A DNA stretch of 64,000 bases, taken from assembly GCF_000143415.4 (NCBI RefSeq), contig NW_003314274.1:2152623-2216622 (forward strand), read 5' to 3'. Each line of letters starts with the position of its first letter. Positions within the stretch are counted from its first letter, which is position 1. The notes below the pieces were generated by a model, which did no database searches, was not told the DNA's origin, and saw nothing but the letters and a program-made list of their open reading frames with translations. The DNA comes from Selaginella moellendorffii (taxonomy: Eukaryota > Plantae > Lycopodiophyta). The translations under genes and the position numbers were made by a program. Positions 26,226 through 37,275 of this stretch are shown piece after piece.

Positions 26226-27782
26226 CTATGACGCCGCTGGGTTGATCACTTTGGGTTTGGGCTTCACCTCAGCTTCGTTGATACTGCGCACGAAGATTGC
26301 ATCTGGTTCGTGCCTGCGAGGGGAGATTCACGATAGTAAGTACCAGAGGTTAGATTGGACGAATGTAAGTTTCTTACGGTTTCTCTCCCTCTTCAAAGGT
26401 GTAGCTCGACGCAATCGCCAAGAGCCTTCCATCGCGGCTAAACGAGAGGGCGGCTATGCTTGTTGGGTATCGCGAGTACTACAAAGACGGATTTTTATCA
26501 AAGGACGATTGGAAAGGGAGAGACGAACCTGATAAAGCCTCTTCTTATTGTTCCCGTCCCATACGTTTACGTATCCATCGCAGCCTCCAGTCGCAAAGGT
26601 CCCATATCTAGCAATTCAATGGAAGAACGAACGAGCTTAGAAAACAAAACAAACCAAAGCTCTAGACTCACGCACATTGGATGGAAAGCGATGGCATTAA
26701 CGGGATAGACTGTGTCACGGCCAGCCTCGGAATTTCTGTGGCACTTGAAAGCATACCTGACAGTACAATTGTCAATGAAAACTGCGTGATAGAAGTTCGA
26801 AGAAAAAAAAATAACTTACTTTTTCGCTTGCCCAGCCTCAGACATGTCAAAAAACTCCATAGCAACTCGGCCTTCAACGGAGCTTAGCGCATAGCCTGCA
26901 GTGAAAAGTTAGTCCAGAAACGTTTGGTACGTTTGGTAAGAATCTCCAAGACTCTCGGAAATTTATTTTTTTCTCGGCTCTTCTTACCCGTTCCATTGGG
27001 ATAGCAACGAACACATCGCGTTTGATACTTGAGAGATGACTCTCGTTCTTGCTCGGGGCGAGACATGTTTCTCAAGTCGTAAACGTTGATGTGCCTGCCC
27101 GCGGTGGCCACCACCAGGTGCGGGAACACGAGAGACATGGAGTAGACGCGCTCTGGCTGCTGGTATGTTCCAACTGGTGGCTTGTTTCCCAAAACTCTGG
27201 CGTCCCAACATCTGAGAGTTTTATCCCAGCTACCTGTGATAACTTGGCCTGGAAAGACAAAGAACCAAAACAAAGAAACACTTTGAGACAATGGAAACGA
27301 CTACCAAGATCTAGAGTACCTGTATGATGGGAGTATTCTACACAGCGAACAGACGCCTCGTGAGAACCCAAGATGTCCTCTCTGCCTGTGTTGAAATCGT
27401 ACCTGTGAGCCAAGTATCAGCACACGAGATAGCTAGCTACTCAAGAAAGATCTCTTTACCTTCGTACAGTGTAGTCTGCACTGGCACTAAAACCCGAGGC
27501 ATCGTCGTGAAAGCAGCAATCTAGAACTGGTCCCCTATGCTCAAACTGGCCCTTCAAGGTATTGGCGCTGGCATCGTAGAGCCTGACTTTCTGCCCAACG
27601 GAAAGATCCACATTGTAGCAAAAAGAAAGAGAAAAGAATGTAGGGAGAGAGGAAGAACTTACGGAATCCCAGGAAGAAACAAGGAGATGATCGCTGTGAT
27701 TGGAGAAGCGCAAGTTGGAAATGCCGTCGGGCGGAGGCGATGTGAGCTCCCGTCCAGCGCCAGCGCCAACAGCTCCCATCAT
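26226..27782 (-). CDS. BUB3: Mitotic checkpoint WD40 protein BUB3, multi-exon
   Basis: [58 protein letters not shown] end. Confidence 0.93.
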
Positions 27783-27980
27783 CGCTCTCCACCAAAACCC
27801 TAAATAACCCCTGATCTAGGGCTCCTACGCTCTTCCTCGAGGGAATTTCAAAATTCCAAGCTTTCCCGCCAGATCAGTTAAACCCATCTAGAAGAAGGCC
27901 TTGAAACTCCTGTGATCGATCGAGTTCCAAAACGATCCCTTGAGGATCCAAGTTTATAGTGGACATGGAGCTCTAAATAG

Positions 27981-28050
27981 CAGCAGTCTTGGATAAATCG
28001 AAAGAACACCTGAGAGCAGTCTTGGGTGAATCTAAAGAACACGTGAGAGC
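27981..28050. repeat. Short tandem repeat (~30-bp unit, three copies)
   Basis: agcagtcttgg...aagaacac(c/g)tg repeated between RPS12 and BUB3. Confidence 0.7.
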
Positions 28051-28137
28051 AGTCTTGGGTAGAACACCTGTGATTTGATAAGTTCTTAAAGACAAGAGAA
28101 GAAACTACGAACCTCCTCGTCATCTCTTGCTAAGTTG

Positions 28138-29089
28138 CTAGCTCTTGTCCACGGGCTTGGGCTTCTTGGTTCCATACTTCGATCGCCCTTTCCTCCGGTT
28201 TGCGACGCCCTGGAGATCTTTCGCGCCCCTGATGCAGTGGTACTTGACACCGGGAAGATCTTTCACTCGGCCTCCCCGGACGAGCACCACCGAGTGCTCT
28301 TGGAGGTTGTGGCCCTCGCCTGGAATGTAGGCGATGACAACGTTGCGATTGGAGAGACGAACCTTGGCGACTTTCCGAAGAGCCGAGTTGGGCTTCTTTG
28401 GAGTCCTGGTGGAGACGCGGAGGCACACTCCCTGCTTCTGTGGTGCTCCTCCCAGAGCTGGGGATTTGGAGAGCTTCTTCTTTTTCTTTCGTGCGCCTCT
28501 GACGAGCTGGTTCAGAGTCGGCTTGAGTTCCAGAGTTTTGTTCGTTTCAGCTTGCGGAATCTAAAGGAAAACTGTGAATTCGAGCTTTCTGAGCAAACAG
28601 AAGATAGACTTTTACTTGATCGAGAGTTTCCACTTGCTGGCTGGAAAGATCGGCCATCAACACTGCCAGAAAGAAAGAAGGAAAATGGGCATGATCATCA
28701 TCACTCAGCAATCTTACCAGGATTTAGCAAGCCGGTAGTGTCGAAGAGAGATCCAGCCGAGAAACCATACGTGATCTACAATATAAAACATAGACGCTAA
28801 GCATCGATGACTTGGCTTCCAATCCACGCACTTACCTGCTGGTTTCGCAGCAAAGAAGTCCGCTCGAACGCATCGCTGCGAAAATGGCCTGAAAGAATCA
28901 CAAAATATAACGAGCAGCACGCTTCCAATCGATCAAACCTGGCTCCTTCACAGCTGCCAGCAGCAATGCAGGATGCAGCGCCCGGCCATCCGGCGGCGAG
29001 CTCGAAATTCTCGCCTGCGTCGAGAAGATCCTCGCTCGGCCGGAGAATGCGAAGCCTAGCGCTCTCCTGCGCGCTTGCAACGACCCCAT
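28138..29089 (-). CDS. RPS12: Nuclear-encoded mitochondrial-type ribosomal protein S12 with multi-exon presequence
   Basis: [46 protein letters not shown]; four GT-AG introns splice in frame to an Arg/Ser-rich N-terminus [20 protein letters not shown]. Confidence 0.88.
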
Positions 29090-29160
29090 AGCTTCTATAA
29101 ACCCTAAATATTTTACTAAGTCCACTCAATGCGCGTGGGAGGAGGAGCTAGGTCTGGTGG

Positions 29161-32100
29161 ATGTCCGTGGAGCTCCTGAGGCGCATGGCGGAGATCAAGG
29201 AGGACGAGGAGGATGCGCGGCCTCCCCGGATCTCCAGGGATTCCAGCAACAAAGAGAAGAACAGCGGCCGCTGCGTCTACATCAACGAAGGGGATCGCTA
29301 TCCCGATCTCTATTGCAACAACAGGGTATCCAACACCAAGTATAATCTCTGGAATTTCCTTCCCAAGAATCTATGGGAGCAATTCGGGTAAGCTTCACGC
29401 TATCAGACCGGCATTCTATGATTCTTTTGTTTGATTCAGGCGATTCATGAACAAGTACTTCCTTCTCATTGCGATCCTCCAGCTCTGGCCTCTCATCACT
29501 CCCGTCAATCCAGCCAGCACTTGGGGGCCTTTGCTACTCATCTTCTCGGTCTCGGCGTGTAAGGAAGCTTGGGACGATTATAACCGATATAAGCTGGACA
29601 AGCAAGCAAATGAGAGGATGGTTTGGGTCGTCAAGAAAGGCGTCAAGACACGGGTGAGAAACTACAGTGTTTTGTAACGTTTTTGCTCTAACTATTTTTT
29701 GATAGATCCAAGCGCAAGATATTCATGTCGGTGACATCGTCTGGTTGCGGGAAAAGGATGAAGTTCCGTGCGATATGATCTTACTGGGATCGTCAGATCC
29801 TCAAGGTGTTTGCTACATTGAGGTACATTGGCTGTTTTTATTTTTCTTGGATCTCTTGGATCTCTTCTGTTTCTTCTCTCTTTTCAGACGTCAACCATTG
29901 ATGGAGAAACTGATTTGAAGACCCGAGTTGTCCCGTCTCCTTGCATTGGGCTTAACTCCGAGCTCCTTCACAAAATCAAGGTAGAAACTTTCTTCTTAGT
30001 CTTTTTAGGAACTTACATATGTTTGATCTTAAGGGTATTATTGAATGCGGATATCCAGACAGAGATATTCGAAGATTTGACGCCAACCTGAGGTTGTTTC
30101 CTCCTTTTATCGACACGGACTACTTCCCAATCACTGTCAACAACACGTTGTTGCAATCCTGTTTCATTAGAAACACTGAGTGGGCATGTGGAGTGGCTGT
30201 GTATACAGGTATTCTTTTTAATCTGCTTAACGAAAACAAACCTTCTTTACAGGCAATGAGACTAAGCTTGGGATGAGCAGAGGTTTACCATCGCCAAAAC
30301 TTACAGCAGTCGATGCGATGATTGATAAGCTAACCGGAGCCATTTTTGTATTTCAAGTGGTTGTGGTTATCATTCTTGGTTTCGCCGGAAACGCGTGGAA
30401 GTCCACTGAGGCGGACAAGGTTGGCACAATTTTTTCTTTCGTGGGCTCTAAATTGTCAGCTTTGCAGCTGTGGTACGTCCATTATCCGAAAGCTGCCCCT
30501 TGGTACGAGTTTATTGTCATTCCCCTAAGGTTTGAACTTTTATGCTCGATTATGATACCCATTTCAATTAAGGTATGTTTTCGCTGTATAATGTTGATAT
30601 CCTTATGTATCGTGTCAGGTCTCCTTGGATTTGGCAAAAAGCATGTACGCCAAGTTTATTGATTGGGATCTTCATATGTACGATGAGAAAACGGATACTC
30701 CAGCCGTTGCTACAAAGTATGAAAGCTGTCTTGCATACTCTTTTTCTAAAATTATAATCTAACGTTTCAATGCTGCAGTACGGCCATCAGTGAAGATCTT
30801 GGTCAAATTGAATATATTCTCACTGATAAAACGGGTACATTGACCGAAAATTTGATGGTGTTCAAGAAATGCTGCATAAAAGGCTCCTGCTACGGTGATT
30901 CAACCCGTGATGCTGTCAAAGGTATTTTCATTCTTTTATACAAAATTTTAAGCAAGAATCTTGTGTAGATCCTGCTCTTCTTCGTGCGCTAAACGAAAAT
31001 GATCCAGAAGTACTCAAGTTTCTTACAGTTATGGCAGTTTGTAACACGGTGGTGCCAAGTCGAAGGTACGCATAAAATATAGGATTTAATCTAAACCTTG
31101 TCGTTCACTTTCAGTCCAAACGGTTCGATCTCATACAAAGCTCAATCTCAAGACGAAGAAGCTCTTGTTTCAGCTGCTTCTCATCTTCGCGTCGTGCTGC
31201 TTAACAAGGCTGCTAACTGTGTAGGTAACTGATATTTAGATGATATTCTCATAGTTATTTTAACACCATTGAGGTTTGTTATAGAGGTCAGTGTACTCGG
31301 AGCGGTATTGGAGTTCGACATTCTTGACGTGCTAGAATTCACGTCCGACCGTAAGAAGATGTCAGTAATTGTAAGAGAGAGGCAGACTGGCGAGCTGAAG
31401 CTATTAACAAAGGGAGCTGACGAAGCAATTTTTTCTTCAGTCCATAATGGTGAGCTCTTGTAATCGACCTCGACGCATCTATTTACTAAGATTAATTTTT
31501 TGACAGACCAACAAGTAAGGCGTGTCGCGGAGATTGTCGATCAGTATTCACAGATGGGATTAAGGACGCTATGTCTGGCTTGGCGAGATATCCGAGAGGA
31601 GGAATATCATGACTGGTCGAGGAAGTTTAAAGAAGCGAGCAGCAGCATCGTGGATCGAGAGGTCTGTATTTGACCTTTAACAACTTTGTGATCTTATTTT
31701 ATTTGTCTTGTTCAGTGGAAGATTGCGGAAGTGTGCGTGCTTATGGAACGTAATCTAGAGCTTTTAGGTGCAACAGCTATTGAGGACAAGTTACAAGTGA
31801 GCACTGTCTGATTATATATTTTCTCTACATAAGGCGTGTTTCAGGACGGTGTTGCGGAGACCATTGAAAGCCTTCGAGATGCAGGAATCAATTTCTGGAT
31901 GCTGACGGGAGATAAGCAGTTGACAGCAGCTCAGATTGCACTTTCGTGCAACTTCGTGCTTCCGGGTAGGATGGGTGTTTTTGTGGAGTATCTAATGCTA
32001 ATTCTACTTTACAGAACCTCAGGGACAATTACTGTATGTGCAAGGAGCGACCCAGAGTGACGTTGGAGCGAGTCTGGAGAGGGTCTTGCGAACTATGCAG

Positions 32101-33743
32101 ATATCTAGCACTGAACATAAGGTGCTCGTCTACTTTTATGAGCATCGCGCTTAATGTTCTCTTAGTATCAGGATGTAGCCTTTGTTATCGATGGACTGGC
32201 ACTGGAATTTGCATTGAAGTACTACAGACAACTTTTCGCTGAGCTGGCTTCACTATGCAGAACTGCTATTTGTTGCCGTGTAACACCGTCACAAAAGGCT
32301 CAGGTACTCGAAATCAAAAATATTCTTATGCTTTCTTGAGTGACATGTCTCTGGCAGCTTGTACATTTAGTAAAAAGCTGGGAGTTCAGAACTCTCGCTA
32401 TAGGAGATGGAGGGAACGATGTCCGCATGATACAAGAAGCTCATGTTGGTGTAGGGATAAGCGGGCGTGAAGGCCTTCAGGCAGCTAGAGCAGCAGATTA
32501 CAGTCTCGCCAGTAAGTAGTTTGGATACAGCTGCAATATTTCTAACATCTTATGTGCTCGCAGAATTTCGATTTTTGAAGCGGTTGATACTTGTACATGG
32601 GAGATACTCATATAATAGGAGCGCATTTTTGTCACAGTACTCAATCTACAAATCACTGGTCTTATGCTTCATTCAGATCTTGTAAGCTTTTTTTTTTTTT
32701 TTTGCATATCGGATTTCGCTGATGCTTTTCCTTTTTTGGTTGTTTTTTCCTCTAGTTTCTCGTTCGTGTCAGGAATATCTGGGACGAGTTTGTTCAACTC
32801 TTTCAGTTTGATGGCCTACAATGTTTTGTACACTAGTGTCCCTGTGATGGCTAGCGTCCTCGACAAGGACATCGACGAGAAGACGGTCCTTCAACATCCC
32901 CAGATATTGAAATACTGTCAAGCCGGGAGGTAAGGCATTGGCGGTGGCTCTCATTGTCAATAACTTGTAGTTTCAGGCTTTTAAATCCCAGCACATTTGC
33001 TGGCTGGTTTGGCCGGGCACTTTTTCACGTAAGGCTCGTCTTTAACCACATAAACCGTGATCGTTGCTCTCGTTTTGCAGGGCGCCGTGGTTTTTCTCAT
33101 CACCATGCACGTCTACGTGAATGAAAAGAGCGAAATGGAGGAGGTCTCTCTTGTCGCGCTATCGGGCTGCATCTGGCTCCAAGCATTCGTCGTCGCGTTG
33201 GAAACAAGGTAATCAGCATTCCATCAAATTCCTGGCAACGATCTCGTCGCGCCTTTTGCAGTTCCTTCACGACCATTCAGCACATAGCCATCGGCGGCAA
33301 CCTCGTCGCTTTCTACATCTTCAACCTGGTGGCAAGCACCGTGAAATGGGGAGGCATGTACACTATCATGTTTCGCATTTGCAGCCAGCGTGCATACTGG
33401 CTCACGATGTTGGTAAGCGTTTGTTCTCACGTTCTTTTGCTTCCACGCTTATAAATCTCTTTTTCTTGTGCTTGTTTAGCTGATTGTTGGCGCCGGGATT
33501 GGACCCATCGCGGCTCTCAAGTTCTTCCGGTTCTTCTATCGCCCCAGCTTGATCAACATCCTCCAGTACCGGGAGAGACGAGCAAGGGTCACAGAAGCAA
33601 ATGCTACGTCTAGCTCCAATGCCGCCAGTGCTACGAGCAGTGGGAGCACTTCTAGCAGCCAACGCGCCGCGCAAGACGAAGAATCATCGTCAGTGTATCA
33701 GCCTCTCTTGTTGTCCACCAAGGATAGAACAAAGCGCCAGTGA
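29161..33743 (+). CDS. ALA2: P4-type ATPase / phospholipid flippase, ALA2-like, many exons
   Basis: [36 protein letters not shown] phosphorylation site (~30825), [15 protein letters not shown]. Confidence 0.92.
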
Positions 33744-33879
33744 TTCATGCGCTAAAATCAAAGTGCTTGACATTTTGTCACTAGCCTGAGATTGTAAGTG
33801 AAAGCTAAAAACTTGTCATTTAGCATAACTAGGAGTATGATCGTAGTAGCGACTGGATTAAACTATCACGAATGAGATG

Positions 33880-34870
33880 CTGCAAAACTTTTGGAGTTTT
33901 TCATCTCACTTGCCGGCAATGGAGATGCAACCTGGATAGAACACCATCAAGTCGAAAAGAACGCTCTGCCACTGTCTCTGTTGAATTCGCAGAAAGAAGA
34001 ACTCCACGAGATCATATCAGAGCAATGGACTACAAGTTCACGGGCTCCCTGGTGCTTGAACAAGCCCCTCAAGAAAGAGATATCACCAATATAATCGACA
34101 GCATTCAACCAAAGGTGGAAATCAAGTGCATGTAAGTCACGAGGATTCGAGCGCCTACAAGAAGAAGATTAGGAGAGGGTAGAAAATATAGAAGGTGTTT
34201 CACGCACCTGTAACCAGCCGGTGACGAGATGGACGATTTTGCAAGTTGACGAGGGGCTCCAGAAGAAGGGAAACGCTCAATCTGGTGCTTGCATTCCAGA
34301 TGTTCGACGGTAATCTCTGTGATTGTGGGCATGAGCTCGAAGAGCCTCATCAATTCATCCAGCTCCGTATCCCCTCTGGAGCTTGTCAAACTTCCTGTTG
34401 AGTTTGCAGTGAGCGTACATCGTCAGGACTTCTCAACGTCGAGAGCATCCCATGAAGTGCTCGCTGCAGCCCCACATCCAGATCAGGTCCATTGCAGTTT
34501 CTTCGTCCAGTCTGACCAGGCTCGACGCTCAAGCCTTAAGAACTGCAGATGTAAGAGATATGAGCAAAGTCATCACTTTTTTCTTGACTTGTTCTTTTCT
34601 ATGTAACGAGATTTCAATCTCTCAATCATAATTCGTGAGTGGACTTTGGCTAGCTCCATGATTGATTTGTATTTACGTTGATTTGATTCTATTGAACCCC
34701 TCATACGTCTCCTACCACAATTTTCAGTGGTGACTATCTCACGAGAAACGGAGAAATGAACTTATGCAATCGTTGGAGCGAAACAAACGTCCAGTGACTT
34801 CGCAAAAGAAATGCTCCGGAAGCTGAAGTTCTGAGTTTCACTGCCAGTTCTCCTGTTAGCAAATGCCATG
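33880..34870 (-). pseudogene. Possible degenerate F-box(/LRR-FBD) gene fragment
   Basis: Minus strand LQLPEHFFCEVTGRL resembles an F-box start; downstream ELMRLFELMPTITEITV is LRR/FBD-like; interrupted by stops. Confidence 0.3.
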
Positions 34871-34919
34871 TCGGCCTTCAAAAGAATTCAGGAAGAATTT
34901 CTCTGTGAGCACGCCATTT

Positions 34920-35245
34920 CGCCCCACCTTGATCACCATCCTCCAGTGCCGTGAAAGACGAGCCAGGGTCACAGAAGCAAATGCTACCACTAGCTCCACT
35001 CGAGGAATCCTCGTCAGTGTATGTTGTCCACCAAGGATAGAACAAAGCGCCAGTGATTCATGTGCCATACATATCCTTTCTTCCGATTTGATCAGCTTTG
35101 TAAAATCAAAAGTGCTTGACACTTCGTCACTAGAACTGTACGAACCTGTTAAAATAAAATGGACACCCAGCGGACGTTAAGGCATGTTATAGCACCGACA
35201 AGAAACAAAGATTGAGAATTAAGCTTGTCAGTTAGCATAACTATA
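34920..35245 (+). pseudogene. Duplicated fragment of the ALA2 last exon and 3' UTR
   Basis: Matches 33540-33830 (cgcccca.cttgatca.catcctccagt...ccaccaaggatagaacaaagcgccagtgattcatg...taaaatcaaagtgcttgaca) with internal deletions. Confidence 0.85.
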
Positions 35246-35527
35246 ACTATAATCTTGTCATTTAGCATCACTTTAAACTATAATAAGTATTTAAAATATA
35301 AGCACTAAATACGGTATTTTATAAAAAGTATATCTATAAATAGGAATACAAACGTTTCACCCGTTTTACCGGTAGTTACTTATCCACAATCCACGAGCTG
35401 TTGCTAGGGTGAAAGGGAAAAAGGAAAACCAAAAAATAATAGATACACTAAATACGCTGGCAAAGTGCGCTGCGGTAGTGCTTTTGCTTCTGCTAGGGCT
35501 TTTGGATTGGCTCGCAGATCCGGCGCC

Positions 35528-37169
35528 ATGGACGACAGCGGAGTGGAGGGCGAGGCCGCGGGCGCCACCGCCGCCGCTGGTCCGGATTATCCGCTCCTCC
35601 ACGACACGGAGCGCTTCGAGCTGGTGCGGGACATAGGGTCGGGAAATTTCGCTGTGGCGAGGCTCGTCCGCGATCGCGTCACACAGGAATTGTTCGCGGT
35701 CAAGTACATTGAGCGCGGGGACAAGGTGAGCTCGCGGCGCATATGTGATCTGGGCTCCAATTCTTGTGCCTGTGATCCAGATTGATGAGAAAGTCCAGAG
35801 GGAGATTATCAACCACCGCTCAATGCGACATCCCAATATCGTGCGCTTCAAGGAGGTGGGGAATTTTTCGCCATAGCGATCATTTTGTTCCTGCTTTCCT
35901 CCCGGACTTATCTCGCCTCTTACCAGGTCATGCTGACGCCTACTCATCTCGCTATTGTCATGGAATACGCTGCCGGCGGTGAGCTCTTCGAGAGGATTTG
36001 CAACGCGACCAGATTTAGTGAAGACGAGGTGATTGCTGGCTTTTTTTCTGCTTTTACCTTGGTTTTTTTAATTTGTATATCAAAATCCCGTTTTTCTCGT
36101 AGGCAAGGTTCTTCTTTCAGCAGCTAATTTCCGGTGTGAGTTACTGCCACAACATGGTAACATTTCCACTTCTCTTCTCCAAACTTGTCTCCTTAACGTG
36201 TAGTGTACTCTAGGAAGTCTGCCACCGGGATCTAAAGCTGGAGAACACGCTACTCGACGGCAGCCCGGCTCCACGTCTCAAAATTTGTGACTTCGGCTAC
36301 TCAAAGGTATCGATCACTCCAGAAGGAGCTAATCCAATCCTGCTTGTGCTCCTTGCAGTCGTCCGTTTTTGATTCGCAGCCAAAGTCAACAGTGGGAACC
36401 CCGGCATACATTGCACCGGAGGTGCTGTCCACCAAGAACTACGATGGGAAGGTAAGACCCCACCGCGTTGCTACATAGTCTCAGCACTATCAACTCTCTA
36501 GAAGCACAGAGCAGAGTGTCCTTCCTCTGATGATGATGCAGGTGGGTCAGTGATTCAATCATCCCTTTCAGATTGCAGATGTATGGTCCTGCGGCGTCAC
36601 CCTGTATGTCATGCTCGTCGGTGCCTACCCCTTCGAGGACCCGGAGGATCCCAAAAACTTTCGCAAGACGATTGGAGTGAGCACAAGCTTTGCAAGTTTG
36701 ATTTCTTCTCATCGAGTTAGTACTCCCTCCTCTTCTTGCAGAGAATACTTAACGTCCAGTACTCCATCCCGCAATCGGTGGACATCTCTCCAGAGGCGCA
36801 TGATCTCTTGTCCCGCATTTTTGTTGGGAATCCCAACCAGGTAACTTTGGGTTAGCCACATCTCCGGTTTTTACAGCGCTTTCTTTTTCTTATTGTTCTC
36901 TCCAGAGGATCAACATTGCCGGTATAAAGAACCACCCGTGGTTCCTCAAGAACTTACCATCGGAGCTGAGCGATGCTGGCACGAGCACCGTGGACGATCC
37001 AAGCCATCCTCAAAGCATCGAGGATATAATGCGGATCATAACCGAGGCAAGGATTCCCGGCGTTCGGGAGTACCTGGACAACGGGGGCCTGGATTTTGAC
37101 GACATGGATTTGGAGAACGACTTAGACCCAGACGTGGACAGCAGTGGAGAATTCGTGTGTGCCTTGTAG
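35528..37169 (+). CDS. SnRK2: SNF1-related kinase 2 (subclass III / OST1-like), multi-exon
   Basis: [47 protein letters not shown], acidic ABA box ending [10 protein letters not shown]. Confidence 0.93.
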
Positions 37170-37275
37170 TAAGAAAAAGGCGATGAAGTGTTAAAAGAAG
37201 AAAGAATCATATCGGCCCTGTTTATTTCTACAACGCGGGATGTAAAAGAAACTAGTCATACCTATGTTAAGTATA

